Origin: Macrostomum lignano
Taxonomy: Eukaryota
Direction: 5' to 3'
Assembly (NCBI GenBank): GCA_002269645.1
Contig: NIVC01000151.1
Location: 1-64,000, forward strand
DNA: 64,000 nucleotides
A program made the position numbers and the translations under genes. The notes beneath the pieces were generated by a model. The model was not told the origin of the DNA. It searched no databases and worked only from the letters and a program-made list of their open reading frames with translations. This document shows positions 13,101 through 26,287 of the stretch, piece by piece. Each line of letters opens with the position of its first letter. The stretch's first letter is position 1.

Positions 13101-16100
13101 TTTCCTAATATGGGGAGATTTCATTAATCCATTTCCCAATTTGGAAAGATTCATTAATCCATTGTCCAATTTGTGAGATTTCCAAGAATCCATTTCCTAA
13201 TATGGGGAGATTTCATTAATCCATTTCCCAATTTGGAAAGATTCATTAATCCATTGTCCAATTTGTGAGATTTCCAATAATCCATTTCCCAATTTAGGAG
13301 ATTTCATTAATCCATTTCCCAATTTGGAAAGATTCATTAATCCATTGTCCAATTTGTGAGATTTCCAATAATCCATTTCCCAATATGGGGAGATTTCATT
13401 AATCCATTGTCCAATTTGTGAGATTTCCAATAATCCATTTCCCAATAGGAGATTTCATTAATCCATTTCCAATTTGGAGATTTCATTAATCCATTTCCAA
13501 TTGGAGATTTCATTAATCCATTTCCCAATTGGAGATTTCAAGAATCCATTTCCCAATTTGGGAGATTTCCAAGAATCCATTTCCTAATATGGGGAGATTT
13601 CATTAATCCATTTCCCAATTTGGAAAGATTCATTAATCCATTGTCCAATTTGTGAGATTTCCAAGAATCCATTTCCTAATATGGGGAGATTTCATTAATC
13701 CATTTCCCAATTTGGAAAGATTCATTAATCCATTGTCCAATTTGTGAGATTTCCAATAATCCATTTCCTAATATGGGGAGATTTCATTAATCCATTTCCC
13801 AATTTGGAAAGATTCATTAATCCATTGTCCAATTTGTGAGATTTCCAAGAATCCATTTCCTAATATGGGGAGATTTCATTAATCCATTTCCCAATTTGGA
13901 AAGATTCATTAATCCATTGTCCAATTTGTGAGATTTCCAAGAATCCATTTCCTAATATGGGGAGATTTCATTAATCCATTTCCCAATTTGGAAAGATTCA
14001 TTAATCCATTGTCCAATTTGTGAGATTTCCAAGAATCCATTTCCTAATATGGGGAGATTTCATTAATCCATTTCCCAATTTGGAAAGATTCATTAATCCA
14101 TTGTCCAATTTGTGAGATTTCCAATAATCCATTTCCTAATATGGGGAGATTTCATTAATCCATTTCCCAATTTGGAAAGATTCATTAATCCATTGTCCAA
14201 TTTGTGAGATTTCCAATAATCCATTTCCTAATATGGGGAGATTTCATTAATCCATTTCCCAATTTGGAAAGATTCATTAATCCATTGTCCAATTTGTGAG
14301 ATTTCCAATAATCCATTTCCCAATATGGGGAGATTTCATTAATCCATTGTCCAATTTGGGAGATTTCCAAGAATCCATTTCCTAATATGGGGAGATTTCA
14401 TTAATCCATTTCCCAATTTGGAAAGATTCATTAATCCATTGTCCAATTTGTGAGATTTCCAAGAATCCATTTCCTAATATGGGGAGATTTCATTAATCCA
14501 TTTCCCAATTTGGAAAGATTCATTAATCCATTGTCCAATTTGTGAGATTTCCAAGAATCCATTTCCTAATATGGGGAGATTTCATTAATCCATTTCCCAA
14601 TTTGGAAAGATTCATTAATCCATTGTCCAATTTGTGAGATTTCCAAGAATCCATTTCCTAATATGGGGAGATTTCATTAATCCATTTCCCAATTTGGAAA
14701 GATTCATTAATCCATTGTCCAATTTGTGAGATTTCCAAGAATCCATTTCCTAATATGGGGAGATTTCATTAATCCATTTCCCAATTTGGAAAGATTCATT
14801 AATCCATTGTCCAATTTGTGAGATTTCCAAGAATCCATTTCCTAATATGGGGAGATTTCATTAATCCATTTCCCAATTTGGAAAGATTCATTAATCCATT
14901 GTCCAATTTGTGAGATTTCCAATAATCCATTTCCTAATATGGGGAGATTTCATTAATCCATTTCCCAATTTGGAAAGATTCATTAATCCATTGTCCAATT
15001 TGTGAGATTTCCAAGAATCCATTTCCTAATATGGGGAGATTTCATTAATCCATTTCCCAATTTGGAAAGATTCATTAATCCATTGTCCAATTTGTGAGAT
15101 TTCCAAGAATCCATTTCCTAATATGGGGAGATTTCATTAATCCATTTCCCAATTTGGAAAGATTCATTAATCCATTGTCCAATTTGTGAGATTTCCAAGA
15201 ATCCATTTCCTAATATGGGGAGATTTCATTAATCCATTGTCCAATTTGGAAAGATTCATTAATCCATTGTCCAATTTGTGAGATTTCCAATAATCCATTT
15301 CCCAATATGGGGAGATTTCATTAATCCATTGTCCAATTTGTGAGATTTCCAAGAATCCATTTCCTAATATGGGGAGATTTCATTAATCCATTTCCCAATT
15401 TGGAAAGATTCATTAATCCATTGTCCAATTTGTGAGATTTCCAAGAATCCATTTCCTAATATGGGGAGATTTCATTAATCCATTTCCCAATTTGGAAAGA
15501 TTCATTAATCCATTGTCCAATTTGTGAGATTTCCAAGAATCCATTTCCTAATATGGGGAGATTTCATTAATCCATTTCCCAATTTGGAAAGATTCATTAA
15601 TCCATTGTCCAATTTGTGAGATTTCCAAGAATCCATTTCCTAATATGGGGAGATTTCATTAATCCATTTCCCAATTTGGAAAGATTCATTAATCCATTGT
15701 CCAATTTGTGAGATTTCCAAGAATCCATTTCCTAATATGGGGAGATTTCATTAATCCATTTCCCAATTTGGAAAGATTCATTAATCCATTGTCCAATTTG
15801 TGAGATTTCCAAGAATCCATTTCCTAATATGGGGAGATTTCATTAATCCATTTCCCAATTTGGAGATTCATTAATCCATTGTCCAATTTGGAGATTTCAA
15901 AATCCATTTCCTAATATGGGGAGATTTCATTAATCCATTTCCCAATTTGGAAAGATTCATTAATCCATTGTCCAATTTGTGAGATTTCCAAGAATCCATT
16001 TCCTAATATGGGGAGATTTCATTAATCCATTTCCCAATTTGGAAAGATTCATTAATCCATTGTCCAATTTGTGAGATTTCCAAGAATCCATTTCCTAATA

Positions 16101-19100
16101 TGGGGAGATTTCATTAATCCATTTCCCAATTTGGAAAGATTCATTAATCCATTGTCCAATTTGTGAGATTTCCAAGAATCCATTTCCTAATATGGGGAGA
16201 TTTCATTAATCCATTTCCCAATTTGGAAAGATTCATTAATCCATTGTCCAATTTGTGAGATTTCCAAGAATCCATTTCCTAATATGGGGAGATTTCATTA
16301 ATCCATTTCCCAATTTGGAAAGATTCATTAATCCATTGTCCAATTTGTGAGATTTCCAAGAATCCATTTCCTAATATGGGGAGATTTCATTAATCCATTT
16401 CCCAATTTGGAAAGATTCATTAATCCATTGTCCAATTTGTGAGATTTCCAAGAATCCATTTCCTAATATGGGGAGATTTCATTAATCCATTTCCCAATTT
16501 GGAAAGATTCATTAATCCATTGTCCAATTTGTGAGATTTCCAAGAATCCATTTCCTAATATGGGGAGATTTCATTAATCCATTTCCCAATTTGGAAAGAT
16601 TCATTAATCCATTGTCCAATTTGTGAGATTTCCAAGAATCCATTTCCTAATATGGGGAGATTTCATTAATCCATTTCCCAATTTGGAAAGATTCATTAAT
16701 CCATTGTCCAATTTGTGAGATTTCCAAGAATCCATTTCCTAATATGGGGAGATTTCATTAATCCATTTCCCAATTTGGAAAGATTCATTAATCCATTGTC
16801 CAATTTGTGAGATTTCCAAGAATCCATTTCCTAATATGGGGAGATTTCATTAATCCATTTCCCAATTTGGAAAGATTCATTAATCCATTGTCCAATTTGT
16901 GAGATTTCCAAGAATCCATTTCCTAATATGGGGAGATTTCATTAATCCATTTCCCAATTTGGAAAGATTCATTAATCCATTGTCCAATTTGTGAGATTTC
17001 CAAGAATCCATTTCCTAATATGGGGAGATTTCATTAATCCATTTCCCAATTTGGAAAGATTCATTAATCCATTGTCCAATTTGTGAGATTTCCAAGAATC
17101 CATTTCCTAATATGGGGAGATTTCATTAATCCATTTCCCAATTTGGAAAGATTCATTAATCCATTGTCCAATTTGTGAGATTTCCAAGAATCCATTTCCT
17201 AATATGGGGAGATTTCATTAATCCATTTCCCAATTTGGAAAGATTCATTAATCCATTGTCCAATTTGTGAGATTTCCAAGAATCCATTTCCTAATATGGG
17301 GAGATTTCATTAATCCATTTCCCAATTTGGAAAGATTCATTAATCCATTGTCCAATTTGGAGATTTCCAAGAATCCATTTCCTAATATGGGGAGATTTCA
17401 TTAATCCATTTCCCAATTTGGAAAGATTCATTAATCCATTGTCCAATTTGTGAGATTTCCAAGAATCCATTTCCTAATATGGGGAGATTTCATTAATCCA
17501 TTTCCCAATTTGGAAAGATTCATTAATCCATTGTCCAATTTGGAGATTTCCAAGAATCCATTTCCTAATATGGGGAGATTTCATTAATCCATTTCCCAAT
17601 TTGGAAAGATTCATTAATCCATTGTCCAATTTGGAGATTTCCAAGAATCCATTTCCTAATATGGGGAGATTTCATTAATCCATTTCCCAATTTGGAAAGA
17701 TTCATTAATCCATTGTCCAATTTGTGAGATTTCCAAGAATCCATTTCCAATATGGGGAGATTTCATTAATCCATTTCCCAATTTGGAAAGATTCATTAAT
17801 CCATTGTCCAATTTGTGAGATTTCCAAGAATCCATTTCCTAATATGGGGAGATTTCATTAATCCATTTCCCAATTTGGAAAGATTCATTAATCCATTGTC
17901 CAATTTGGAGATTTCCAAGAATCCATTTCCTAATATGGGGAGATTTCATTAATCCATTTCCCAATTTGGAAAGATTCATTAATCCATTGTCCAATTTGTG
18001 AGATTTCCAATAATCCATTTCCCAATTTAGGAGATTTCATTAATCCATTTCCCAATTTGGAAAGATTCATTAATCCATTGTCCAATTTGTGAGATTTCAA
18101 TAATCCATTTCCCAATTGGGAGATTTCATTAATCCATTGTCCAATTTGGGAGATTTCCAAGAATCCATTTCCTAATATGGGGAGATTTCATTAATCCATT
18201 GTCCAATTTGGGAGATTTCCAAATAAGATTTCCAATCCATTTCCCAATTTAGGGAGATTTCGTTAATCCATTGTCCAATTTGGGAGATTTCAAATAATCC
18301 ATTTCCCAATTTAGGGAGATTTCGTTAATCCATTGTCCAATTTGGGAGATTTCAAATAATCCATTTCCCATTGTCCAATTTAGATTTCAATAATCCATTT
18401 CCCAATTTAGGGAGATTTCGTTAATCCATTGTCCAATTTGGGAGATTTCAATAATCCATTTCCCAATTTAGGGAGATTTCGTTAATCCATTGTCCAATTT
18501 GGGAGATTTCAAATAATCCATTTCCCAATTTAGGGAGATTTCGTTAATCCATTGTCCAATTTGGGAGATTTCGAATAATCCATTTCCCAATTTAGGGAGA
18601 TTTCCCTGCTCTTTAGATCTCCATATACAACCCGATTTTCAATTTAGGAGTTTTCAAACCTTTTCCTTAGTTGAGAGATTTTTTAGAATAAAATTCCGTA
18701 TTTAAAAGGAATTCCGTAGTCCTTTCCCATAGTCCATTTCCCAATTGGAATGTTTCTCCCACTTTTCCGCCGCAGGTGTCGCAGGCGAACGGCGGCAGCG
18801 GCGATCCGCCGGGCGGTGGCAGGGCGGCCGGGTCAGCAGCGGCGGCGGGCGGCGGCCAGGAGAAAGTGCTGACGCAGGAAATGCGCGACCAGTACATTGA
18901 GAAGCAGAAACGGTTCTTCAAGAGTGAGTTGGCCTACTGATTTGAGTAGTATTGCCTGCGTTTTTAACAGCTGCAATCCCGGTTGGGCAGGCAGGTTGTA
19001 ATGGTTGTGGGATCTGAAAGCTGTCACTCCCCGCTGCAACTCCCAGCATTCTCCATACGCAACGGTCTGATGCGGCGTCACCATTCCACTGGCAATGTGA

Positions 19101-22096
19101 CCAGCAAGCAGCAACAGCCGCAGCAGCAGCCGCAACAGCAGCCGCAACAGCAGCAACAGCAGCCAGAAGCCGCCGCTGCAGTGCCAGCCGCTGGCCTGCA
19201 GCCGTCCAGCTCAATGCGCGGCCTGAAGCAGCAGCAACAGCAGCTGACTAAAAAGCAGAAGAAAGCCAACAGGCCAAAATCTGAAGGCTTCTTTGACGGC
19301 GTGGACTATGGCGCCGGTGGCGGCGCCGGCAGCAGCATCGGCGGTGTCGGCCAGGCCATGCGGCAGGGCCTGTCGTTTGGCAGGTCGGCCTCCTACCAAA
19401 AGCTGGAGGCGCTGGGCGAGGGCAGCTACGCTACGGTGTACAAGGGCTTCTCACAGTGAGTTTGTGGGGCCTGGTGGCTTCTCACAGTGAGTTTGTGGGG
19501 CCTGGTGGCTTCTCACAATAAGTTTGTGGGGCTTGGTGTTTTCTCACAGTGAGTTTGTAGGGCCTGGTGGCTTCTCACAGTGAGTTTGTGGGGCCTGATG
19601 GCTTCTCACAGTGAGTGCTTGGGCCAAGTGGCTTCTCACAGTGAGTTTGTGGGGCCTGGTGGCTTCTCACAATGAGTTTGTGGGGCCTGGTGGCTTCTCA
19701 AGTCTTGGGAGCGCAGCTTTTCCTAGCAGCACACCCGATATGATTGACAACCCCCAGGCGCAGTGTGCACTTGACTGACTGAGAATGAGAAAGGTGCTCA
19801 GAGGTCAGCGGCACGACTCTTTGCAGCTTATCAGGCTTCATATTTGCTGGCCATTCTCTAAGCCTAAAATCTAACTTGATAGGCTCATAAAAGCTGGCTT
19901 CCAGCCTGCCATGCAGCTCCCTCTGCTAACGAATTTCAAACCCCCTCCACCGCGCAGCGTCACCAACTCCATTGTGGCGCTGAAGGACATTCGGCTGCAG
20001 CACGAGGAGGGCACGCCGTTCACCGCAATCAGAGAGGGTGAGCGCTGCAGCCTTCATTGTAGCTTTACTGTTAGCAACTGTATGCGATGCCATTCCAAAC
20101 CCTGCCTCTGCAGCCTCGCTTCTCAAGGGCCTGAAGCATGCCAACATTGTGACCCTGCACGATATTATTCACACCGAGAACAGCCTTACCTTTGTCTTTG
20201 AATATGTGGTGAGTACAAGCTACCTGATAGGACTCTATAGAACTCAGAGTTTTTTATGACTTGCTTGTAGTTTTTTGTATTGCCTTCCAACTATGGTTAC
20301 AGCCTCTGGATTTGAGCAAGTACTTGGAGAAGCATCCGGAGGCCTGCGTTCTCACAATGTCAAGGTAGGGCTGCTGGTAGATTGGTTTGATTATTTTATT
20401 TACGCAACTAAATTCAGACAGCCTCCCCAGCCAATCGGATTCCTTCACTGCTACCAATCCCAGCCTCCCCAGCCAATCGGATTCCTTTACTCCCACAGCC
20501 TCCCCAGCCAATCGGATTCCTTCACTGCTACCAACCCCAGCCTTCCCAGCCAATCGGATTCCTTCACTGCTACCAACCCCAGCCTCCCCAGCCAATCGGA
20601 TTCCTTTACTCCCACAGCCTCCCCAGCCAATTGGATTCCTTTACTACTCGTACCACAGCCTCCCCAGCCAATCGGATTCCTTCACTGCTACCAACCCCAG
20701 CTCCCCAGCCAATCGGATTCCTTTACTCCCACAGTCTCCCCAGCCAATCGGATTCCTTCACTGCTACCAACCCCAGCCTTCCCAGCCAATCGGATTCCTT
20801 CACTGCTACCAACCCCAGCCTCCCCAGCCAATCGGATTCCTTTACTGCCACAGCCTCCCCAGCCAATCGGATTCCTTCACTGCTACCACCCCAGCCTTCC
20901 CAGCCAATCGGATTCCTTCACTGCCACCTACCCCAGCCTCCCCAACCAATCGGATTATTTCGCTGCTACCAACCCCAGCCTTCCCAGCCAATCGGATTCC
21001 TTCGATGCCACCGACCCAAGCTCACTGGCTCATATTACTCCTCATTCCCCCACAGCTGTTTCTATTCCAACTGCTCCGAGGCCTGGAGTTCTGTCATAAG
21101 CAGAAAATCCTTCACCGAGACCTGAAGCCGCAGAACCTGCTGATCTCGGCCATCGGCGAGCTCAAGCTGGCAGACTTCGGCCTGGCCCGCGCCCAGACCG
21201 TGCCCAGCAAGACCTACAGCTCCGAGATCGTCACGCTGTGGTACCGGCCGCCGGAAGTCCTGCTCGGCAGCACCAAGTACTCCTCGACTCTGGACGTGTG
21301 GGCTGTGGGCTGCATCCACGCCGAGATGATCAGCGGGACGCCGCTGTTTCCCGGAGTCCGCGATGCCGAGGATCAACTGGACCGCATCTTCAGGGTAAGT
21401 CTGTGCTTGCTCAGCCAGTCCCATAGTCTGTCAGCCAGTCCCATAGTCTGTCAGTCAGTCCCATAGTCTGTCAGCCAGTCCCATAGTCTGTCAGCCAGTC
21501 CCATAGTCTGTCAGCCAGTCCCATAGTCTGTCAGCCAGTCCCATAGTCTGTCAGCCAGTCCCAGCACAGCCGCCCCGCCCGCCCGCAGATCATGGGCACC
21601 CCTGGCGAGTCTGTGTGGCCCGGCGTGTCGAAGCTGCCGAATTTCTCGCCGGCGCTGCCCCGCTACCGCGGCTGCCGGCTGCACAAGCTGCTGCCCCGCC
21701 TGCTGGCCATCCTGCACGCCGAGGACCTCGTGCTGGCCTGCCTGCGGCTGTTCCCGGAGGAGCGGCTGACAGCCGCCGAGGCCCTGGCGCATCCGTACTT
21801 CGATGGCCTGCCAGCGCCGCTGAAGGACCTGCCGCCCAGTGAGTTTCCCGCAGATTTAGCGCCTCTCTTTGCCAATATGTATTGATGTTAATAACAGTAA
21901 TACTCTCTGAGGCTCAGCTTTGAGAAGCTCATCCCCATCCTGGCCACTCCCGCCCGCAGCCCTCTCCATCTTCTCCGTGCCCGGCGTCCGCATGCTGCCC
22001 GAGGGCGCCCAGCGGCAGCGGCTGCCTGCCGGCCAGTCAGCGGCTGCCCAGCAGCACCAGCACAGCCGCTCCACCACCGCCCTGGCGCTGAAGTGA
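4197..22096 (+). CDS. CDK14: PFTAIRE-type cyclin-dependent kinase (CDK14/Eip63E-like), 10 coding exons
   Basis: Phase-consistent GT-AG exons: 4197-4677, 5248-5358, ~5487-5610, 18776-18923, 19047-19455, 19958-20037, 20114-20208, 20303-20364, 21056-21394, 21589-21838, 21960-22096 (11 segments if the weaker 5487-5610 exon is real). Motifs [52 protein letters not shown]. Exon 20303-20364 is 1 nt short (CAT CC GGA; [11 protein letters not shown] needs CCC). N-terminal exons are less certain than the kinase-domain exons. Confidence 0.93.
4690..5078. repeat. 39-bp minisatellite in CDK14 intron 1
   Basis: Unit GTGCTCTGTGTGCTCAGTGCTCACCACTGCGATATTGGA, ~10 copies with 2-nt TG slips. Confidence 0.95.
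5641..5810. repeat. 20-bp minisatellite
   Basis: Unit AGTCCCCATGTCAGCTGACC, ~8.5 perfect copies. Confidence 0.96.
6712..7039. repeat. 21-bp minisatellite
   Basis: Unit GTAGCCGATCAGCACATATCG, ~15 copies; explains the ORFs 6559-7113, 6623-7006 and 6685-7023. Confidence 0.96.
9340..18605. repeat. Intronic satellite array, 92-bp higher-order unit of three 30-31-bp subunits, ~100 copies
   Basis: Unit AATCCATTTCCTAATATGGGGAGATTTCATT + AATCCATTTCCCAATTTGGAAAGATTCATT + AATCCATTGTCCAATTTGTGAGATTTCCAAG. Monomeric or dimeric patches near 12070-12330, 13270-13560 and 18000-18600. Confidence 0.98.
19445..19700. repeat. 31-bp minisatellite that starts inside an exon end and copies the splice donor
   Basis: Unit GGCTTCTCACAGTGAGTTTGTGGGGCCTGGT, ~8 copies. 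Confidence 0.93.
20420..21010. repeat. Composite 36-45-bp minisatellite in a CDK14 intron
   Basis: Core CCCCAGCCAATCGGATTCCTT with alternating tails (CACTGCTACCAACCCCAGCCT or TACTCCCACAGCCT). Confidence 0.93.
21411..21563. repeat. 20-bp minisatellite filling most of a short CDK14 intron
   Basis: Unit AGTCCCATAGTCTGTCAGCC, ~7.5 copies. Confidence 0.94.
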
Positions 22097-22669
22097 CGGC
22101 TGGTGCGACATGGTCCCGGACTCGAGTCCCCGCCCCGCCTGTCCAGCTGTTCTAGTCAAACTTGAAGTTTTTATTATTTTATTTTTGTTTTTCTTGTTTT
22201 TAGTTTTTCGCTGATAAAATCTGGATCGCTTCTGCTCGCTTCATCTTTTTTTAATGCTCCTGCTTGTAGTGAGTCTAGTCCTGTCGCTTGTGCTGTCAAT
22301 TGCCCCGCTTTATTCCCCACCCCTTATCCCCGCTAGTCACCGCGCCGACGACTCTTTCTTTGATCTTGCCGCCGTGCGTTTTTGTATCTTTATAGAAATT
22401 GGCAATGCTAAAATGTTTATAATGATGTTGTGTAAAGTCCAACTAGGCTTGCTGTGGTTGCTCTCTGGGCCTCTGCTCTCATTCAACCTTTGCCTGCTCT
22501 CTGGTCATTTATTGAGCGCATTGAAAATACTTGCTTCTTCTGTGAAGCAGTGCCCTTTTCATTTGCATCTGTGTGACCAATTATTTGAGTTGCGCTTCTC
22601 GATTCGTTCTGGCTCCTCAGTTTCTCCTCTCTGCAGGGTCCGCCCGTCCTGGTTTTGCTGAGTGACGGG

Positions 22670-23487
22670 TCTGAGCAATGTTCAGTCAGCACTTGTGTAC
22701 ACTGAGCAATGTTCAGTCAGCACCTGTGTACACTGAGCAATGTTCAGTCAGCACCTGTGTACACTGAGCAATGTTCAGTCAGCACCTGTGTACACTGAGC
22801 AATGTTCAGTCAGCACCTGTGTACACTGAGCAATGTTCAGTCAGCACCTGTGTACACTGAGCAATGTTCAGTCAGCACCTGTGTACACTGAGCAATGTTC
22901 AGTCAGCACCTGTGTACACTGAGCAATGTTCAGTCAGCACTTGTGTACACTGAGCAATGTTCAGTCAGCACCTGTGTACACTGAGCAATGTTCAGTCAGC
23001 ACCTGTGTACACTGAGCAATGTTCAGTCAGCACCTGTGTACACTGAGCAATGTTCAGTCAGCACTTGTGTACACTGAGAAATGTTCAGTCAGCACCTGTG
23101 TACACTGAGCAATGTTCAGTCAGCACCTGTGTACACTGAGCAATGTTCAGTCAGCACCTGTGTACACTGAGCAATGTTCAGTCAGCACCTGTGTACACTG
23201 AGCAATGTTCAGTCAGCACCTGTGTACACTGAGCAATGTTCAGTCAGCACTTGTGTACACTGAGCAATGTTCAGTCAGCACCTGTGTACACTGAGCAATG
23301 TTCAGCACCTGTGTACACTGAGCAATGTTCAGTCAGCACCTGTGTACACTGAGCAATGTTCAGTCAGCACCTGTGTACACTGAGCAATGTTCAGTCAGCA
23401 CCTGTGTACACTGAGCAATGTTCAGTCAGCACCTGTGTACACTGAGCAATGTTCAGTCAGCACCTGTGTACACTGAGCAATGTTCAG
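22670..23487. repeat. 31-bp minisatellite downstream of CDK14
   Basis: Unit CTGAGCAATGTTCAGTCAGCACCTGTGTACA, ~26 copies. Confidence 0.97.
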
Positions 23488-24493
23488 CTAGGGCTTATGC
23501 ACAGAGCAATTTAGCCCTATCAGTTCGCTACTGGCCAGAGCAAGACAGGAAACGTATTTTAAAAATCAGCGGGCAGCAAAACCAGGCTGGGGATAAAAAT
23601 CCCACACGGGCGCCGTTCGTTCAATTCCTGCTTTTTATTGGTAGCCAGAAGTTTTACATTACATGTAACATGCTGAATATTAATCTACTGGTCAAATATT
23701 TTAACGTGTCTGCATTTTGAACTGAATCTCTTTCTCATTGTGTTTTACTGTTTACTCACTCCGCTCTAGTCTGGTCCCAGGCACTGCCTGCTTATCACTG
23801 AGGCTCCAGAAGACTTTGCTGAACTGCCTTCATGCTGATAAATAATTGTATTACTGGTTCTGTATGGACTGCGCACATTTATCATTTTGTCTCGAGTTCC
23901 GCAAATTTTATTCCGTTATCAGTTTCGCTGTGTCGGCTGTTCTCACTGCTCATGTCCGTTAAATCCGATGCATATCAGATGTGAGGATTCTTGATGCAGC
24001 CGATTGCCCTGTACTCGAATTCAATCGCAGTGAGTCCGCAGCCCACATGCCGCACAGTCAACGATTAACAGTTTGAGTTGGCCTGCTCCGAAGCCTCTAG
24101 CTCTATTTGTCTTGTACTGCCTATTGCACTTTTGCTGATGTTTTTACAATTGCCGCTGGTGACAGGCTGACTTTCGCGCCATAGGTATCTACATGTATAT
24201 GCCAGCTAAGAATACCCAACTTTGATTATAAGAATTTATGCTAACTGCGGTACAGATAAGTTTGCAACACAAATATTGTTTTGATTGTAAAATTAAACAG
24301 ACAGTGTAACTGTGTAAGTCATAGTCAAAGTGCAATAATGAATTTTGTTTTGCTCCTACAATTTGAATTCAAACATATTGAACCAACTTCACGTTAGGGA
24401 AACGTTTCGTGTATTTAATGACTGGTATGTAGTGATATTAAACAAAATGGTATTTGTACATAGGTATAAGTAGATATAAGTAGGTATCTTGTA

Positions 24494-25856
24494 GGGATGT
24501 TCCATAAGTACTTATACTTTTGCATGCTGCTCAGGAACTACGCAACCAATCATTGTAAGTTTTATGTCGCTGGAAAGCGGCTTTACTCATCTTTAATCTG
24601 TCGCCAAAATCATTTCGTTCTGTCAACTATGTCAAAAGTTACAACAAAAAACGTAGTCAAAGGTCACCCATAGACTTACAAGAAATTTTCAAAATCAAAA
24701 CTTCAAAGTTCAGCACGCAGAGTTATTTCGGATTCTACATAATGCATTCTTTTTTGCTTCATAAGCGAATGCCACACCCTTTTCGTCTATGGAAAATACT
24801 GGCCTAAGCTTTCACAGCATCTTAATCTTAAGATCACAGCATCTTAATCTTGTAAAGTTTCACCACCTTGGCTGCTGCTGCATCACCATGGATGTGAACT
24901 CAAGGGAAGGACAGCGCGCTGCAATTTTTACCCTCTGGAAACTCGGAAAAAAGCGATCAGAGATTTATGCGGATTTATGCAACATTCATGGAGCTAATGC
25001 GGTGAGCAGGATGACCGTCTACAACTGGGTTGAGCAGTTCGAAGCAGGAAGGACCAATCCTCCGGTAAAAGCTCAAAGGGACGCACATGGAAAGAAGATC
25101 ATGCTGTCTCTGTTTTCGACTGCAATGGTCCTCTAACTGTCGAGTTTTTGGAGCCAAACACTACAATAAACTCTGAGCGCTACGTTGAAACGCTAACAAA
25201 GCTGCATCATGACATCCAGAACAAGCGTCGTGAAAATCCCAGACCTTTCATTCTTCATCATGACAATGCAAGGCCTCATACAGCACAAAAGACAGTCGAG
25301 GCAATCAGCAAGCTGAAGCTCCATCTTCTACCTCACCCTCCTTACTCTCCAGACCTGGCACCAGCAGACTTTGCTTTATTTCCAGAGTTGAAGCGCCATC
25401 TGAAAGGACGCGTGTACGAGACCAGGAACCAGATCGAGGAGGAAGTCCGCAGAATTCTGCTGTATGTCATCCCCCGACAGCTGTACGCAGAAGCCATCAA
25501 AAGCATGTTTAACAGGTGGACCAAGTGCATCAACTCCGGTGGAAACTACGTTGAGAAGGTGTCGGTACCGACTGAGGATGAGTGACAAAGAAGTCAAACT
25601 TTCTGTCATCAACAACGCGCCTCTGTTTTCATGCTTGCCATTGTAGTTGTTGCTCTTTAAATTTCTTGTAAGTCTATGGGTGACCTTTGACTACGTTTTT
25701 TGTTGTAACTTTTGACATAGTTGACAGAACGAAATGATTTTGGCGACAGATTAAAGATGAGTAAAGCCGCTTTCCAGCGACATAAAACTTACAATGATTG
25801 GTTGCGTAGTTCCTGAGCAGCATGCAAAAGTATAAGTACTTATGGAACATCCCTCG
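24494..25856 (+). mobile_element. Mariner (D34D) DNA transposon with 195-bp TIRs, internally deleted
   Basis: 24494-24688 is the reverse complement of 25659-25853. The right end reads CCCTCG|TA. The transposase runs from MDVNSREGQRAAIF (HTH1) directly into PPVKAQRDAHGKKIMLSLF, then HHDNARPH and HPPYSPDLAPADF with 34 residues between the two Asp. One frameshift lies in a T run near 25113. Confidence 0.95.
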
Positions 25857-26287
25857 TATAAGTAGATTATACATAGGTACAAATATCTTGCAGCTATTTG
25901 TACATAGCTGCAAGACAAGAAAAGTGACGACTAAAGTCGTCATTAAGTAAAAGTAAGTAAAAGTAACATGCATATTAAGGACTACTAAAGTATCCTACTA
26001 TCCTACTATTTCTTTAATTTTGTTTAGTACATGCAGATCTCTATCTCTACTCGGATCTTCACTCTTCAGGCAAAAAGGGTTGCCGACCTCTGCCTTAGTA
26101 ATATATAGTGAAGTCTAGGGCTTACCCTATCACTATCAGCCGACAAAAAATGATGGCGATTGGCGCCTGAACAAACGTGTTGAGAAAGAGAACAAGATAG
26201 GCAGGGGGAAAATATAGTTGAGTCTATTCAGACTGTCAATAAGTGTCACAGTTCAATAGTGGACACCGGATTGGTAGAATGCCAGAG

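Noticed and set aside
11856-18160. Short minus-strand ORFs with LRR-like LxxLxNxL spacing
   Set aside because: All derive from the 92-bp satellite, whose unit is not a multiple of three and contains stops.
22670-23487. CRISPR-like regular array (also considered for the other tandem arrays)
   Set aside because: Units are directly adjacent with no unique spacers, there are no cas genes, and the context is eukaryotic.
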